A stretch of 64,000 bases of DNA from Terriglobia bacterium. Its GTDB lineage: Bacteria > Acidobacteriota > Terriglobia > 20CM-2-55-15. Below the pieces are notes generated by a model. The model did no database searches. It saw only the letters and a program-made list of their open reading frames with translations, and was not told the DNA's origin. Made by a program: the position numbers and the translations under genes. Position 1 is the first letter of the stretch. Each line of letters begins with the position of its first letter. Below, in pieces: positions 39,240 to 48,989 of the stretch. The stretch covers positions 544,001 to 608,000 of the forward strand of contig CAXWPJ010000002.1 of the NCBI GenBank assembly GCA_963664115.2. The letters run 5' to 3'.

Positions 39240-40787
39240 TTGGAAAACACGATGACTAACGAAGACACGCAGGCCACCTGGGAGTATCACGACGCAACAA
39301 AGCACTCGCACTTGAGCGTCCGGACAAACGCGCATTGGTTGGATTGGTCGAATCATCCGAATCCGTTCAAGATCTATCCCAAGCTCGAACCAATCCGGCT
39401 GGATCCCGTGGTTGCCAGGAACGAGGTTCCTGCGCTTGCAGTGGTCGCGGAAACCGGGGCCAGTCTGGAGATCGATAATTCGCCAGATCTGAAGAGCCTG
39501 AGCCAGCTACTGTACTTTTCAGCCGGCGTCGTCAAGAAAGTCGATTACGCTAGCGCCACACAGTACTTTCGGGCCGCATCCTGCACGGGTGCTCTTTACG
39601 AAATAGAATTGTACATCGTCTGCGGCACTCTCCCGGGACTCAGCGCGGGCGTGTACCAGTTCGGTCCGGGCGACTTCAGCCTGCGACGACTGCGCGAAGG
39701 AGATTTTCGAGGCGTACTGCTCCGTGCAACAGCAAACAATCCAGCTGTGGCTCGGGCACCCGCAACCATTATCTGCACAGGCACCTACTGGCGGAACGCA
39801 TGGAAGTATCAGGCCCGGGCCTACCGCCACTTCGGTTGGGACAACGGAACGATTCTTGCGAACATGCTGGCAATCGCCGCATCTCTCCGTCTCCCGGCAC
39901 AGGTAACATGCGGATTCGTGGACAGGCAGATAAATCAATTGCTGGATTTGGACACTGAACGCGAAGTAGCGTTCTCGATGATTCCCCTGGGAAGTTCTTC
40001 CGACCCTCCCCCGCCTCCCCCGGAGGACGTCCGACGGCTGAACCTTGAGACCGTGCCTGTTTCAGAAAGCGAGACCCATTACCCTGAAATGAGTCTGATG
40101 CATGAGGCATCGTCGCTCCAGAACGTAGACGAAGTTGTGGCATGGCGCGAGGGCATGCCAATCGCCCGGACATCGCCATCTCCCAACCAAGTGATCTCCC
40201 TGAGTCCACTGCCGGACGATGAAATTTCGAACGAGGGCATCGAGAGCGTAATCCTCAGACGCGGGTCCACGCGGCAGTTCGCGCGAGTACCATTGACGCT
40301 TGAACAGCTCTCGACGATGCTCGACCGGTCGATGCGCGGCATTCCCGCGGATTTCCTGGATCCTCTCGGCTCGCAACTCAATAGCGTTTACCTCATCGTA
40401 AATGCTGTGGACGGAATCGAGCCCGGTTCCTACGTCTACCACCGCGGAGACAAAGAACTGGAACGTTTGAAGCAGGGCGAGTTCCGCGGTGTGGCGGCGC
40501 ACCGGGGTCTGGACCAACAGCTTCCTGGCGACGCCAGTGTCGCGGTCTTCTTACTGGCTGAAATTAAACCAATTCTGGAAAGATTCGGGAACCGGGGTTA
40601 CCGCGCCGTTCAGCTCGAAGCAGGAATCATCTGCGGAAAACTCTATCTGGCCGCATACGCACAGCGGCTTGGTGCTACGGGCTTAACGTTCTATGACGAC
40701 GAGGTCATCGAGTTTTTCTCACCCCACGCGGCCGGTAAGAGCGCGATATTCCTAATGGCGCTCGGCAAGAGCGTCAAGCGTAAGTAG
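39240..40787 (+). CDS. SagB/ThcOx-family (tandem nitroreductase-fold) dehydrogenase
   Basis: YH..TKH, RAASCTGALY, WKY..RAYR, RRGSTR.F, GATGLTFYDDE. Confidence 0.85.
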   Translation: MENTMTNEDTQATWEYHDATKHSHLSVRTNAHWLDWSNHPNPFKIYPKLEPIRLDPVVARNEVPALAVVAETGASLEIDNSPDLKSLSQLLYFSAGVVKKVDYASATQYFRAASCTGALYEIELYIVCGTLPGLSAGVYQFGPGDFSLRRLREGDFRGVLLRATANNPAVARAPATIICTGTYWRNAWKYQARAYRHFGWDNGTILANMLAIAASLRLPAQVTCGFVDRQINQLLDLDTEREVAFSMIPLGSSSDPPPPPPEDVRRLNLETVPVSESETHYPEMSLMHEASSLQNVDEVVAWREGMPIARTSPSPNQVISLSPLPDDEISNEGIESVILRRGSTRQFARVPLTLEQLSTMLDRSMRGIPADFLDPLGSQLNSVYLIVNAVDGIEPGSYVYHRGDKELERLKQGEFRGVAAHRGLDQQLPGDASVAVFLLAEIKPILERFGNRGYRAVQLEAGIICGKLYLAAYAQRLGATGLTFYDDEVIEFFSPHAAGKSAIFLMALGKSVKRK

Positions 40788-41155
40788 GTCTTCAAGGCTG
40801 AGGATTCTGGCGAAGGGTCCTCCACAGACAGGCCGCCAGGTCGGGTGGAGCAGGATTACTCTGTCAACTTTCGAACTATCGAGACATCTCCAACTGAAAC
40901 CGACCTGGGCTGACCGGAGGGCGGCACATCCAGTCATCACGAACAAAGAAACGAGAGATTAATGAAAGCGGCCAGCCAGAAACATCTATCCTTTGCCTTA
41001 TTCTTGCAGATACAATGGGGCTCACAAAACAAGTTGCTAATCCTGTTTAGGTACCCTTGTCTCTGTTCGGAAAGTAGTTCGATCTTGTTCGGCACCCTCC
41101 TTTCCCTCAAAGCTAGCGAAGTTCCTCTACATACAATCAATTTCAAGGAAATTAA

Positions 41156-41440
41156 ATGACTCAAAAAATGTACGTTGGTAATCTGTCGTTCCAATCGACA
41201 GAAGGCGATCTTGAGAGCCTGTTTGCGCAGGTCGGCGAGGTCGAATCAGTCCGCATTATTACAGACCGTGACACGGGCCGATCCCGGGGCTTCGGTTTTG
41301 TAGAAATGAGCGATGAGAATGCCGCAAAGGCTATTGAGCAGTTCAACGGAACCGAGTTGGACGGTCGCGAACTCACCGTTAATGAGGCAAGACCTCAGGT
41401 GCGGCGGGATGGCGGCGGAGGCGGAGGCGGCCGCTACTAG
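41156..41440 (+). CDS. RRM RNA-binding protein with Gly-rich tail
   Basis: MYVGNL (RNP2), RGFGFVEM (RNP1), VNEARP. Confidence 0.92.
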   Translation: MTQKMYVGNLSFQSTEGDLESLFAQVGEVESVRIITDRDTGRSRGFGFVEMSDENAAKAIEQFNGTELDGRELTVNEARPQVRRDGGGGGGGRY

Positions 41441-41450
41441 AATATTCCAG

Positions 41451-41484
41451 AACGACACGGCAGCGCTGCTGCCGTGTCGTTTCT
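41451..41484 (+). terminator. Intrinsic terminator-like hairpin, possibly bidirectional
   Basis: AACGACACGGCAGC-GCT-GCTGCCGTGTCGTT between convergent genes. Confidence 0.7.
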
Positions 41485-41527
41485 CAACTCTCCGGCATCT
41501 CTCCCGTCAGAGTTCGCCTCTCGTCCC

Positions 41528-43183
41528 CTACAGACCCTTGTAGTCCGGTCCACCCCCCCCTTCGGGTGGGATCCAGTTGATGATCTGATAGGGGTCCATA
41601 ATGTCGCAGGTCTTGCAGTGGACGCAATTGGAAGCAGCAATCGCGAGGCGGGACTGCCCGTCCTCGTTGGTTTCCATGCTATAGACCGCAGCCGGACAGA
41701 AATACTGACACGGATTTCCATACTCCTCGGTACAGCGGGTGTGGCACAGATCGGGCTCAAGAACCACAAGGTGAACAGGCTGATCTTCTTCGTGCGCGGT
41801 TCCCGAGTTGTAGACGTCGGTCAACTTATCGAACGTTAACATCTGATCGAATTTCACTTCACTGTTCGGATCATACGAAGCTGGGAATTCCGGTCGCATG
41901 CACATGCGCTTGTGTCCAGGTTCACTGGCATACCGGTTCGAGAGGCCCCGCCCTCGGGTCAACATCTGTAAACCGGCGTGAAGCAGGCCTCTCCAAAGTC
42001 CTTTGTTAAATCCCTGGTGAAAGTTACGTACTTTCCATAGCTCGTCTTTGATCCAGCTGTCTTTGACCAACACCTCAAACCGCTGCATTCGGGAAGCCGA
42101 GTAATCATTCGACCGCATCGCTTCCAACGCCGCCTCCGCAGCGAGCATTCCACTCTTCAGAGCGAGGTGGATGCCCTTCAATCGCATTGAATTGAGGAGC
42201 CCTCCGGAATCACCCACGATCATGCCACCGGCGAAATAACATTGAGGCATCGCCCAGTATCCACCCTCAGGGATGGCTTTAGCGCCGTAAGCAACGAGCC
42301 GGCCACCCTCGATCGCACTCCTTACAAGAGGATGTTCCTTGAACTGCTGAAACTTACGGTGAGGATCCAGGAGCGGATCCTGGTAGTCGAGACCTACAAC
42401 GAGGCCAAGCGACACCTGGTCGCGATCCATGTTGTAGATGAACCCACCCCCAAATTCTTTTGACGCGAGCGGGAATCCCATGGTGTGAACGACCCGTCCC
42501 CGGTGCTCATCGGACCCGGGAACCTCCCACACTTCCTTGATCCCCACAGAGTAGACTTGTGGATTCCGGCCAACATCCAACCCGAAGCGTTCCACGAGCT
42601 GTTTTGTCAACGATCCCCGGGCGCCTTCGGCCAACACCGTCAATTTCGCGCGTATGTCGATACCTGGCTCGTAGTTCCCTTTCGCTTGGCCCTGACGATC
42701 AACGCCCTTGTCCCCGGTGCGGACGCCGACGACCTGACCGTTCTCAATCAACAATCCGGCCCCGGAAAAACCCGCAAATATATCGACATCGCTGTCTTCG
42801 ACAAGCTCTGCCAACCAAAGGACAAACTTGTTCAACGAGATGATGTAGTTGCCCGCATTGCGAAGCGGCGGCGGGATGATCGGCAGGCCCAGTTTCCACT
42901 TCCGGGTCAAATAGTAAACATGGTCCTCTTCGACCTTACTTTCGACAGGAGCACCTTTCGTTAACCAGTCGGGCATGAGTTCGTCTATCCCGCGTGGATC
43001 GAATACCGCTCCGGATATGATGTGCGCTCCGATCTCTTTGCCTTTTTCGAGAACAGCGATCGAAGCGTCTTTCCGTCCGCTCCGATCCAGCAGTTGCCTC
43101 AGGTGGTAGGCCACCGCCAGCCCTGCGGGCCCGGCGCCCACGACAAGAACGTCGAACTCGATGATTTCACGTTCAGGAGACAT
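41528..43183 (-). CDS. Electron transfer flavoprotein-ubiquinone oxidoreductase
   Basis: GAGPAG FAD motif, KGIHLA.KSG, C-terminal CPA..Y and CVHCKTCD 4Fe-4S motif. Confidence 0.93.
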   Translation of the reverse strand: MSPEREIIEFDVLVVGAGPAGLAVAYHLRQLLDRSGRKDASIAVLEKGKEIGAHIISGAVFDPRGIDELMPDWLTKGAPVESKVEEDHVYYLTRKWKLGLPIIPPPLRNAGNYIISLNKFVLWLAELVEDSDVDIFAGFSGAGLLIENGQVVGVRTGDKGVDRQGQAKGNYEPGIDIRAKLTVLAEGARGSLTKQLVERFGLDVGRNPQVYSVGIKEVWEVPGSDEHRGRVVHTMGFPLASKEFGGGFIYNMDRDQVSLGLVVGLDYQDPLLDPHRKFQQFKEHPLVRSAIEGGRLVAYGAKAIPEGGYWAMPQCYFAGGMIVGDSGGLLNSMRLKGIHLALKSGMLAAEAALEAMRSNDYSASRMQRFEVLVKDSWIKDELWKVRNFHQGFNKGLWRGLLHAGLQMLTRGRGLSNRYASEPGHKRMCMRPEFPASYDPNSEVKFDQMLTFDKLTDVYNSGTAHEEDQPVHLVVLEPDLCHTRCTEEYGNPCQYFCPAAVYSMETNEDGQSRLAIAASNCVHCKTCDIMDPYQIINWIPPEGGGGPDYKGL

Positions 43184-43260
43184 GGAAGCAGGATAGCAAA
43201 CCGGGAAAGCTCCGGAACAGAACGACCGAGTTTAGGTATCCGGCGTCGATTCCGCAGTCG

Positions 43261-44505
43261 TTAGTTGAAACGTTTAAAGAGAAGAGCGGCGTTGGTGCCA
43301 CCAAATCCGAAAGAATTCGACAACACGTACTCGAGATTGGCATCCCGGCTTTCATTGGGAACGTAGTCCAGGTCGCAGTCGGGATCCGGATTTTCGTAAT
43401 TGATCGTCGGCGGTATGACCTGGTCCTGGAGCGCAAGTACACTGATCCCGGCTTCGACGGCTCCCGCCGCACCCAAAAGGTGTCCGATCATAGACTTGGT
43501 CGAGCTGACTGGGATCCCTCCCGCACTGTCCCCGAACAAGCGTTTGATGGCCATCGTTTCCAGGCGGTCGTTAGGAGGTGTGGACGTGCCGTGGGCGTTA
43601 ATGTAGCTAACTTTATCGGGCGAAACGTCCGCGCTCTTCAGAGCGTTCTGCATCACCCGGTAGCCACCATTTCCATCGTCCGATGGGAGCGTAATGTGAA
43701 AGGCATCGCCACTCATGCCATATCCGATAATTTCGGCAAGAATGGGAGCGCCGCGCTTCTTCGCCATTTCGAGCTCTTCCAGAATTAGAATCCCGGAACC
43801 TTCACCCATCACGAAACCGTCCCGCTCGAGATCGAAAGGTCGGGAGGCCCGTTCGGGCTCGTCATTACGACTGGAAAGAGCCCGCATGGCAGCAAATCCA
43901 CCGATGCCCATCGGGGTAATTGCTGATTCAGAGCCCCCGGCAATCATGATGTCGGCACCGTCTCGACGGATCAACTCGTATGCATCGCCGACTGCATGCG
44001 CGCCCGAGGAACATGCCGTGCACGGTGCAGCGTTGGGACCTCTGGCTCCGAAGCGAATGGAAACCTGTCCGGCCGCCAGATTAATGATGCTGGATGGTAT
44101 AAAAAACGGGGAGATCTTGCGCGGGCCGCCCCGTATGAGGTTGTAGTGTTCCCGCTCGATAATGTTAAATCCACCAATGCCGGAACCGATGAATACTCCG
44201 GATCTTTCGGAAAGCTCCGACGTTATTTCCAGACCTGACCGTTCCATCGCAAACGCGGAGGCGGCTATCGCACAATGGATAAACCTATCCATCTTCTTGA
44301 CTTCTTTCTTCTCGATCCAGTTGAGAGGATCAAAACCACTCAGCTCTGCCGCGATCTTTGTGGAAAATTGTGTCGTGTCGAATTGGGTGATCTGAGTGAC
44401 TCCGCTTCGACCCGCACGCAGACCTTCCCAGCTCGCATCTGTTCCGATACCGAGCGCGGTGACAAGTCCGACACCAGTGACAACGACTCTCCTCTCCAAG
44501 GTCAA
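43261..44505 (-). CDS. fabF: Beta-ketoacyl-ACP synthase II
   Basis: RRVVVTG, TACSSG, NAHGTST, GHLLGAAG, NSFGFGG. Confidence 0.95.
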   Translation of the reverse strand: MTLERRVVVTGVGLVTALGIGTDASWEGLRAGRSGVTQITQFDTTQFSTKIAAELSGFDPLNWIEKKEVKKMDRFIHCAIAASAFAMERSGLEITSELSERSGVFIGSGIGGFNIIEREHYNLIRGGPRKISPFFIPSSIINLAAGQVSIRFGARGPNAAPCTACSSGAHAVGDAYELIRRDGADIMIAGGSESAITPMGIGGFAAMRALSSRNDEPERASRPFDLERDGFVMGEGSGILILEELEMAKKRGAPILAEIIGYGMSGDAFHITLPSDDGNGGYRVMQNALKSADVSPDKVSYINAHGTSTPPNDRLETMAIKRLFGDSAGGIPVSSTKSMIGHLLGAAGAVEAGISVLALQDQVIPPTINYENPDPDCDLDYVPNESRDANLEYVLSNSFGFGGTNAALLFKRFN

Positions 44506-44521
44506 TAGCCTCCGAAACCGC

Positions 44522-44767
44522 TTACTTTTTGGGCCCGTGAGCTTCGATGTAATCTATCGCTTCCTTCACGGTGGTGATCTTTTCAGCGGCATCGTCTGGA
44601 ATCTCAATCCCAAACCCCTCTTCCAGCGCCATGACCAACTCCACCGTATCCAGGGAATCTGCTCCCAGGTCATCGATGAACGAAGCCGTGGGTGTGACCT
44701 CCGATTCGTCGACACTCAACTGTTCGACGATTATCGCTTTGACTTTTTCTTCAACCGAAGAAGACAT
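44522..44767 (-). CDS. acpP: Acyl carrier protein
   Basis: [18 protein letters not shown]. Confidence 0.97.
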   Translation of the reverse strand: MSSSVEEKVKAIIVEQLSVDESEVTPTASFIDDLGADSLDTVELVMALEEGFGIEIPDDAAEKITTVKEAIDYIEAHGPKK

Positions 44768-44867
44768 TTATACAACCTCCGTCTTTCAAATGATTCTCAA
44801 TACGCACCTTAGAAGCGAGAAACTCGGAGCAGAACAACGAGGGCCCGATGAACCCGTGAAGTCCTCT

Positions 44868-45815
44868 TCACTGTAGAGTGTGCAGAGTGGCCAAGGCCTG
44901 GTCCAGCGAAGCCTCGTCCTCTGCGTTTAGCATTGTAACCGACTTTTCGATGGAACGAAGCAGCCCCGTCAGGACCTTACCCGGCCCAACTTCGATAAAC
45001 GTGTCGACTCCCGAATCGAGAAGAAATCGCACGGTCTCATACCAACGGACCGGCCTGGAAGTCTGTCTCCGCACCGCCTCGCGTGCTTCGGAACCGGTCC
45101 GAACCTCCTCGGCGTCTACGTTCGTCACGATGGGAAACCGCAGGTCTCCGAAATCGATACCATCCAGATCTTCAGACAGGCGCTTCTGGGCTGGCAGCAT
45201 CAGACTGCAATGGAATGGCGCACTCACCGGGAGTAGCAATGCTCTACGGGCACCGGCGCTCTTGGCCGCATCAATGGCTCGTTCGACGGCTGGCCGATGG
45301 CCGGCAATTACGATCTGGGTCAGCGAATTGAAATTGGCTGGCGTCACCACCTCCGATTCCTGGACGCGCTCGCAAACGGAGCGAACCTCATCGGAATCGA
45401 GTCCAAGTATTGCCGCCATCGCACCCTCGCCCACGGGAACGGCTTCCTGCATGTAACGTCCACGATTTCTCACCAGGGACACGGCACTCGCAAAATCGAG
45501 TGAGCCCGCAGCAACCAGGGCGCTGTACTCGCCAAGGCTATGCCCCGCGACAAAATCCGGCACGACACCGCGTTCCGATAGGACGCGGAAAGCCCCCACG
45601 GCGGTCGTCAATAGAGCCGGTTGCGTGTTTTCGGTAAGCTTCAGCTCTTCCTCGGGACCCTCAAAGCACAGCTTGGATATGGGAAAGCCCAGTGTCTTAT
45701 CCGCTTCCCCGAACAGGGCGGCCACAGATGGAAAGCTCCCGGCCAGATCCCGGCCCATGCCTGCGTACTGGGCCCCTTGACCCGGAAACATGAGAGCGAT
45801 TTTGCGGGATGCCAT
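44868..45815 (-). CDS. fabD: Malonyl-CoA:ACP transacylase
   Basis: FPGQGAQ, GHSLGEY, VSAPFH, EVGPG. Confidence 0.95.
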   Translation of the reverse strand: MASRKIALMFPGQGAQYAGMGRDLAGSFPSVAALFGEADKTLGFPISKLCFEGPEEELKLTENTQPALLTTAVGAFRVLSERGVVPDFVAGHSLGEYSALVAAGSLDFASAVSLVRNRGRYMQEAVPVGEGAMAAILGLDSDEVRSVCERVQESEVVTPANFNSLTQIVIAGHRPAVERAIDAAKSAGARRALLLPVSAPFHCSLMLPAQKRLSEDLDGIDFGDLRFPIVTNVDAEEVRTGSEAREAVRRQTSRPVRWYETVRFLLDSGVDTFIEVGPGKVLTGLLRSIEKSVTMLNAEDEASLDQALATLHTLQ

Positions 45816-45848
45816 GTAAAGGATGTAAAGAAAAACGGCGGGTTGGCG

Positions 45849-46925
45849 TTAACTGATGACGCCGGAGCGATACACCTTAGTATCACTCTCGACGGCTTGT
45901 TCTGGATTGGAAGGGGCCGGCTTTGTCAGGCCTAGCTTATGAAACTCCCGCTCGAACTCTTCGTTGACATTTTGTTCGCAGAACTCGTGGGCCACTCGAA
46001 TTGCGTTCTTTATCGCATTCGCGTTCGACCGTCCGTGACAGATGATGCCGATTCCCTTGATGCCCAGCAGTGGAGCGCCCCCGTATTCGGAATAGTCCAT
46101 TCGGCGGCTGAATTGCTGAAACGCCTTCTGGGCGAGAATGTAACCGACCTTTGCCGAAAGCGTCCGCCGAAGCTCGTCCCCCAGCATTGTCGTTACAGTT
46201 TCTATGAGACCCTCACTCAACTTGAGTGCGACGTTTCCTATGAAACCGTCGCAGACGATGACATCAACCTCACCCTTGAAAATTTCTCTACCTTCGACGT
46301 TGCCAACAAAGTTCAGCGGAGCCTGTTTCAAAGTCTTGAAGACTTCCTTCGTCAGTTCATTCCCTTTCGAATCTTCCTCGCCGATGGACAACAATCCGAT
46401 TCGCGGGCGGCGAATGCCGAATATGAAACGCGAATATATGTCCCCCATGATCGCGAACTGCACCAGATGTAAAGGTTTGCAATCAACATTCGCACCCACA
46501 TCGAGCAGGATCGAGGGTTTTCCCTTCTGCGTCGGCAGAACGGTTGATAGGGCCGGCCGGTCCACCACCGAAAGCGAGCCTGCGACGACCTTGGTCGCCG
46601 CCATCACGGCGCCCGTGTTTCCGGCACTGACGACACCGGAAACGCGGCCCTCACTCATCAGGTTGGCGATGATACGAATTGAAGAATCTTTTTTCCGGCG
46701 GAGCGGGCTCATCGCAGATTCTTCCATACCAACAACCTCGCTGGCATGGTGGACATCGATGGACAGGCCGGAAGTCTCGTGGTTGCCGAGCGCCATTTCA
46801 ATCGGTTTCGACTGGCCTACAAGCACGACATGAACGCCGTATTCGGCCGCGGCAAGCACGGCGCCTTCGACTTCCACTGCCGGAGCATGATCGCTCCCCA
46901 TTGCGTCGACTGCGATTTTGATCAC
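45849..46925 (-). CDS. plsX: Phosphate acyltransferase
   Basis: IAVDAMGSD, SAGNTGA, DGFIGN..LK, GGAPLLG. Confidence 0.95.
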   Translation of the reverse strand: MIKIAVDAMGSDHAPAVEVEGAVLAAAEYGVHVVLVGQSKPIEMALGNHETSGLSIDVHHASEVVGMEESAMSPLRRKKDSSIRIIANLMSEGRVSGVVSAGNTGAVMAATKVVAGSLSVVDRPALSTVLPTQKGKPSILLDVGANVDCKPLHLVQFAIMGDIYSRFIFGIRRPRIGLLSIGEEDSKGNELTKEVFKTLKQAPLNFVGNVEGREIFKGEVDVIVCDGFIGNVALKLSEGLIETVTTMLGDELRRTLSAKVGYILAQKAFQQFSRRMDYSEYGGAPLLGIKGIGIICHGRSNANAIKNAIRVAHEFCEQNVNEEFEREFHKLGLTKPAPSNPEQAVESDTKVYRSGVIS

Positions 46926-46934
46926 GGGATAGAT

Positions 46935-47117
46935 TTATTCTTCGGCGGTCTCTATGACTTCACGGCCTTTGTAATAGCCACAGTGAGGACAGGCACGATG
47001 GGGCTGCCTTATCTCGTGACAGTTGGAGCATTCCGCAAGCGCGGGCAACGTCAAAGAGTCATGAGTGCGCCGTTTGTTCTTGCGCGATTTTGAATGTCTA
47101 CGTTTTGGATTTGGCAT
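46935..47117 (-). CDS. rpmF: 50S ribosomal protein L32
   Basis: MPNPKRRHSK, CSNC..CPHCGYY. Confidence 0.97.
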   Translation of the reverse strand: MPNPKRRHSKSRKNKRRTHDSLTLPALAECSNCHEIRQPHRACPHCGYYKGREVIETAEE

Positions 47118-47138
47118 GACTTAGTTATTAACTCCGAC

Positions 47139-47786
47139 TCAACTGGGATTCTCCAACTGCTTCTTAAACTCTCTAAGAACTTCGAACGCCGGATTGATCC
47201 CCCGAAGGGAACATTCACAAGTATCTTCGTTCAGGTGGATTCCACAGACCGCACACAGTCCACGGCAATCCGCGCGACACAGCGGCTTCATTGGAAGCGC
47301 GAGCAACACCTGCTCCTGCATGATCTCGTTCAACGGCAACTCAGAACCGGTCACAAACGACGTCTGCGTTTCGGATTCTTTCAATTCGATGTCTTCGTGT
47401 TCGGCGTAGATCAGACTTTCGCGTTGCTGGAAGAACACGTCGAACTCTCTTCGAACCGCCTGTCGAACCGGATTGAGACACCTCACGCACTCCAGTTCCA
47501 GCTCGGTCACCACTTCTCCGGACAGGCGGAAATTGGAACCCTTCCGCTCTATGAATCCCGACCAGTCCAGCGGTTTGATCTGCCGAATTCCAATTTCGGC
47601 AAAATCCAACTCGCCGGGTGCCAGAGACCCTTCGAGAAGCAATCGCTCCGTAGGGAGATCAACCAGATCGATATTTACGGCGCCGGAAAAGCGCTGACGA
47701 TCGGGAGAAGTCCTGGATTTCACGTTCACTCTACAAACCCCTGAAACGAAGCCCAGCCCGGTCAATCCCTGCTGATCTGTCGACAC
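47139..47786 (-). CDS. DUF177/YceD family protein (true start probably downstream, near 47729)
   Basis: CVRCL, LALPMKPLC..DC.GLC..CG; canonical position upstream of rpmF. Confidence 0.9.
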   Translation of the reverse strand: MSTDQQGLTGLGFVSGVCRVNVKSRTSPDRQRFSGAVNIDLVDLPTERLLLEGSLAPGELDFAEIGIRQIKPLDWSGFIERKGSNFRLSGEVVTELELECVRCLNPVRQAVRREFDVFFQQRESLIYAEHEDIELKESETQTSFVTGSELPLNEIMQEQVLLALPMKPLCRADCRGLCAVCGIHLNEDTCECSLRGINPAFEVLREFKKQLENPS

Positions 47787-47793
47787 AACGCGA

Positions 47794-48501
47794 TCAGGAG
47801 GGTTCCTCGGCGGATTCGACGAGCGTCAACCGTCTCAGCGCACGGTCCGCGTCCTCACGGTACGGCGAATTGGGATAATCGCCCACCACAGATTGGTAGT
47901 ACGCTCGCGCCTCGTCGGGCATCGATGTTGCCTCATGGAGCCGTCCCAGTTCGTATAGAACTGCGCTCTTCGAATAGCCTCCTGAATCGGCTAGCTCCTG
48001 ATAAACCTCGATCGCACGCTCCAAATTGTCCTGCTTCTTATAGGACTCCGCCAACGCGACACGCGCAACCTGGTTGACCATTTCGTCGCCCGATTCAACC
48101 AACTCGGTGAGGATCGCAATCGCCTGGTCGGAATCCCCCAGTCCTTCATGACTCAGACCGGCATAGTACCGGGCGATCTGGGCCGCAGGCTGATCGGGAT
48201 GGTCGGCCTCAACACGGGCCGCTTCTACCAAAGTGGCCTGGAATCTTGACTCATCGGTGGTGTCTTCAGTGACTGTCGAGTAAATCCGGATGACTTCGGC
48301 CAGTGCGTTCTGGGCTGCTGCTTCGCGATTCGCCGCGGTCACGTTTAAGACGATGACAACCGTAATGCCGACCACCACAGCGCCCACTGCGATGGCGATG
48401 GGCTTTCCATGTTCCACAACATAGGTGGTCGACCGCTCCAGAACCGACGTGATCTCATCCTTCTGGACAATTTCTTTCCGAGTCAACCTCTTGCGTGCCA
48501 A
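47794..48501 (-). CDS. Membrane-anchored TPR protein (YfgM-like)
   Basis: N-terminal TM helix followed by TPR-like helices, YP.SPY. Confidence 0.8.
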   Translation of the reverse strand: MARKRLTRKEIVQKDEITSVLERSTTYVVEHGKPIAIAVGAVVVGITVVIVLNVTAANREAAAQNALAEVIRIYSTVTEDTTDESRFQATLVEAARVEADHPDQPAAQIARYYAGLSHEGLGDSDQAIAILTELVESGDEMVNQVARVALAESYKKQDNLERAIEVYQELADSGGYSKSAVLYELGRLHEATSMPDEARAYYQSVVGDYPNSPYREDADRALRRLTLVESAEEPS

Positions 48502-48714
48502 CGGACTGACCTCCTCGGCCTACAAACAACAGTTACCAGACTGCAATCGATTCCAAACCTATTGATTTTAAGCTAGCAATGGGACAAACACAAGCCAGGC
48601 TGACCGCGCCCGGGCTTTCCCATCTTTTCCAATTAACTGACTCATAATCTCAGTTCTCAAACGTCTAATTTATGACTCGGCCGACAAAACGAAACTGAAG
48701 CGACAGAGGGTAGG

Positions 48715-48900
48715 ATGCAAAGGACCGGCAAGACCTGCGAACAACAAGGCTTCTATCGATCGAACGACTGCGGCTATGAAACCGAAATCCTTGAGGGACA
48801 AGAGTTTCCTGAGTGCCCGGTCCACGACCGGCCCGCAACTTGGACCCTCATCAAAGCGACGGTTCGAGCCCGAAAGCGGAGAGCGAAATCAGCACGATGA
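48715..48900 (+). CDS. Small YjzC-like/zinc-ribbon-like protein
   Basis: TG..C...G.Y...CG.......G..FP.CP......W.L pattern; GAGGG RBS. Confidence 0.65.
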   Translation: MQRTGKTCEQQGFYRSNDCGYETEILEGQEFPECPVHDRPATWTLIKATVRARKRRAKSAR

Positions 48901-48910
48901 CTGTTTAGCG

Positions 48911-48947
48911 ATGACCCCGGAAGGACTCGAACCTCCGACCTCCGGTT
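48911..48947 (-). other. att-like duplicate of the tRNA-Arg 3' half
   Basis: 33/37 identical to 49881-49917; identity stops at the anticodon loop. Confidence 0.85.
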
Positions 48948-48989
48948 CCCTCTTCCTCCACTCTCACGGATAGATTAGCCAGGGGATGC

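Noticed and set aside
39240-40787. Possible RiPP (azole) cluster around the SagB-like dehydrogenase
   Set aside because: No YcaO cyclodehydratase, precursor peptide or exporter nearby; the neighbouring ABC-F is a translation factor, not a transporter
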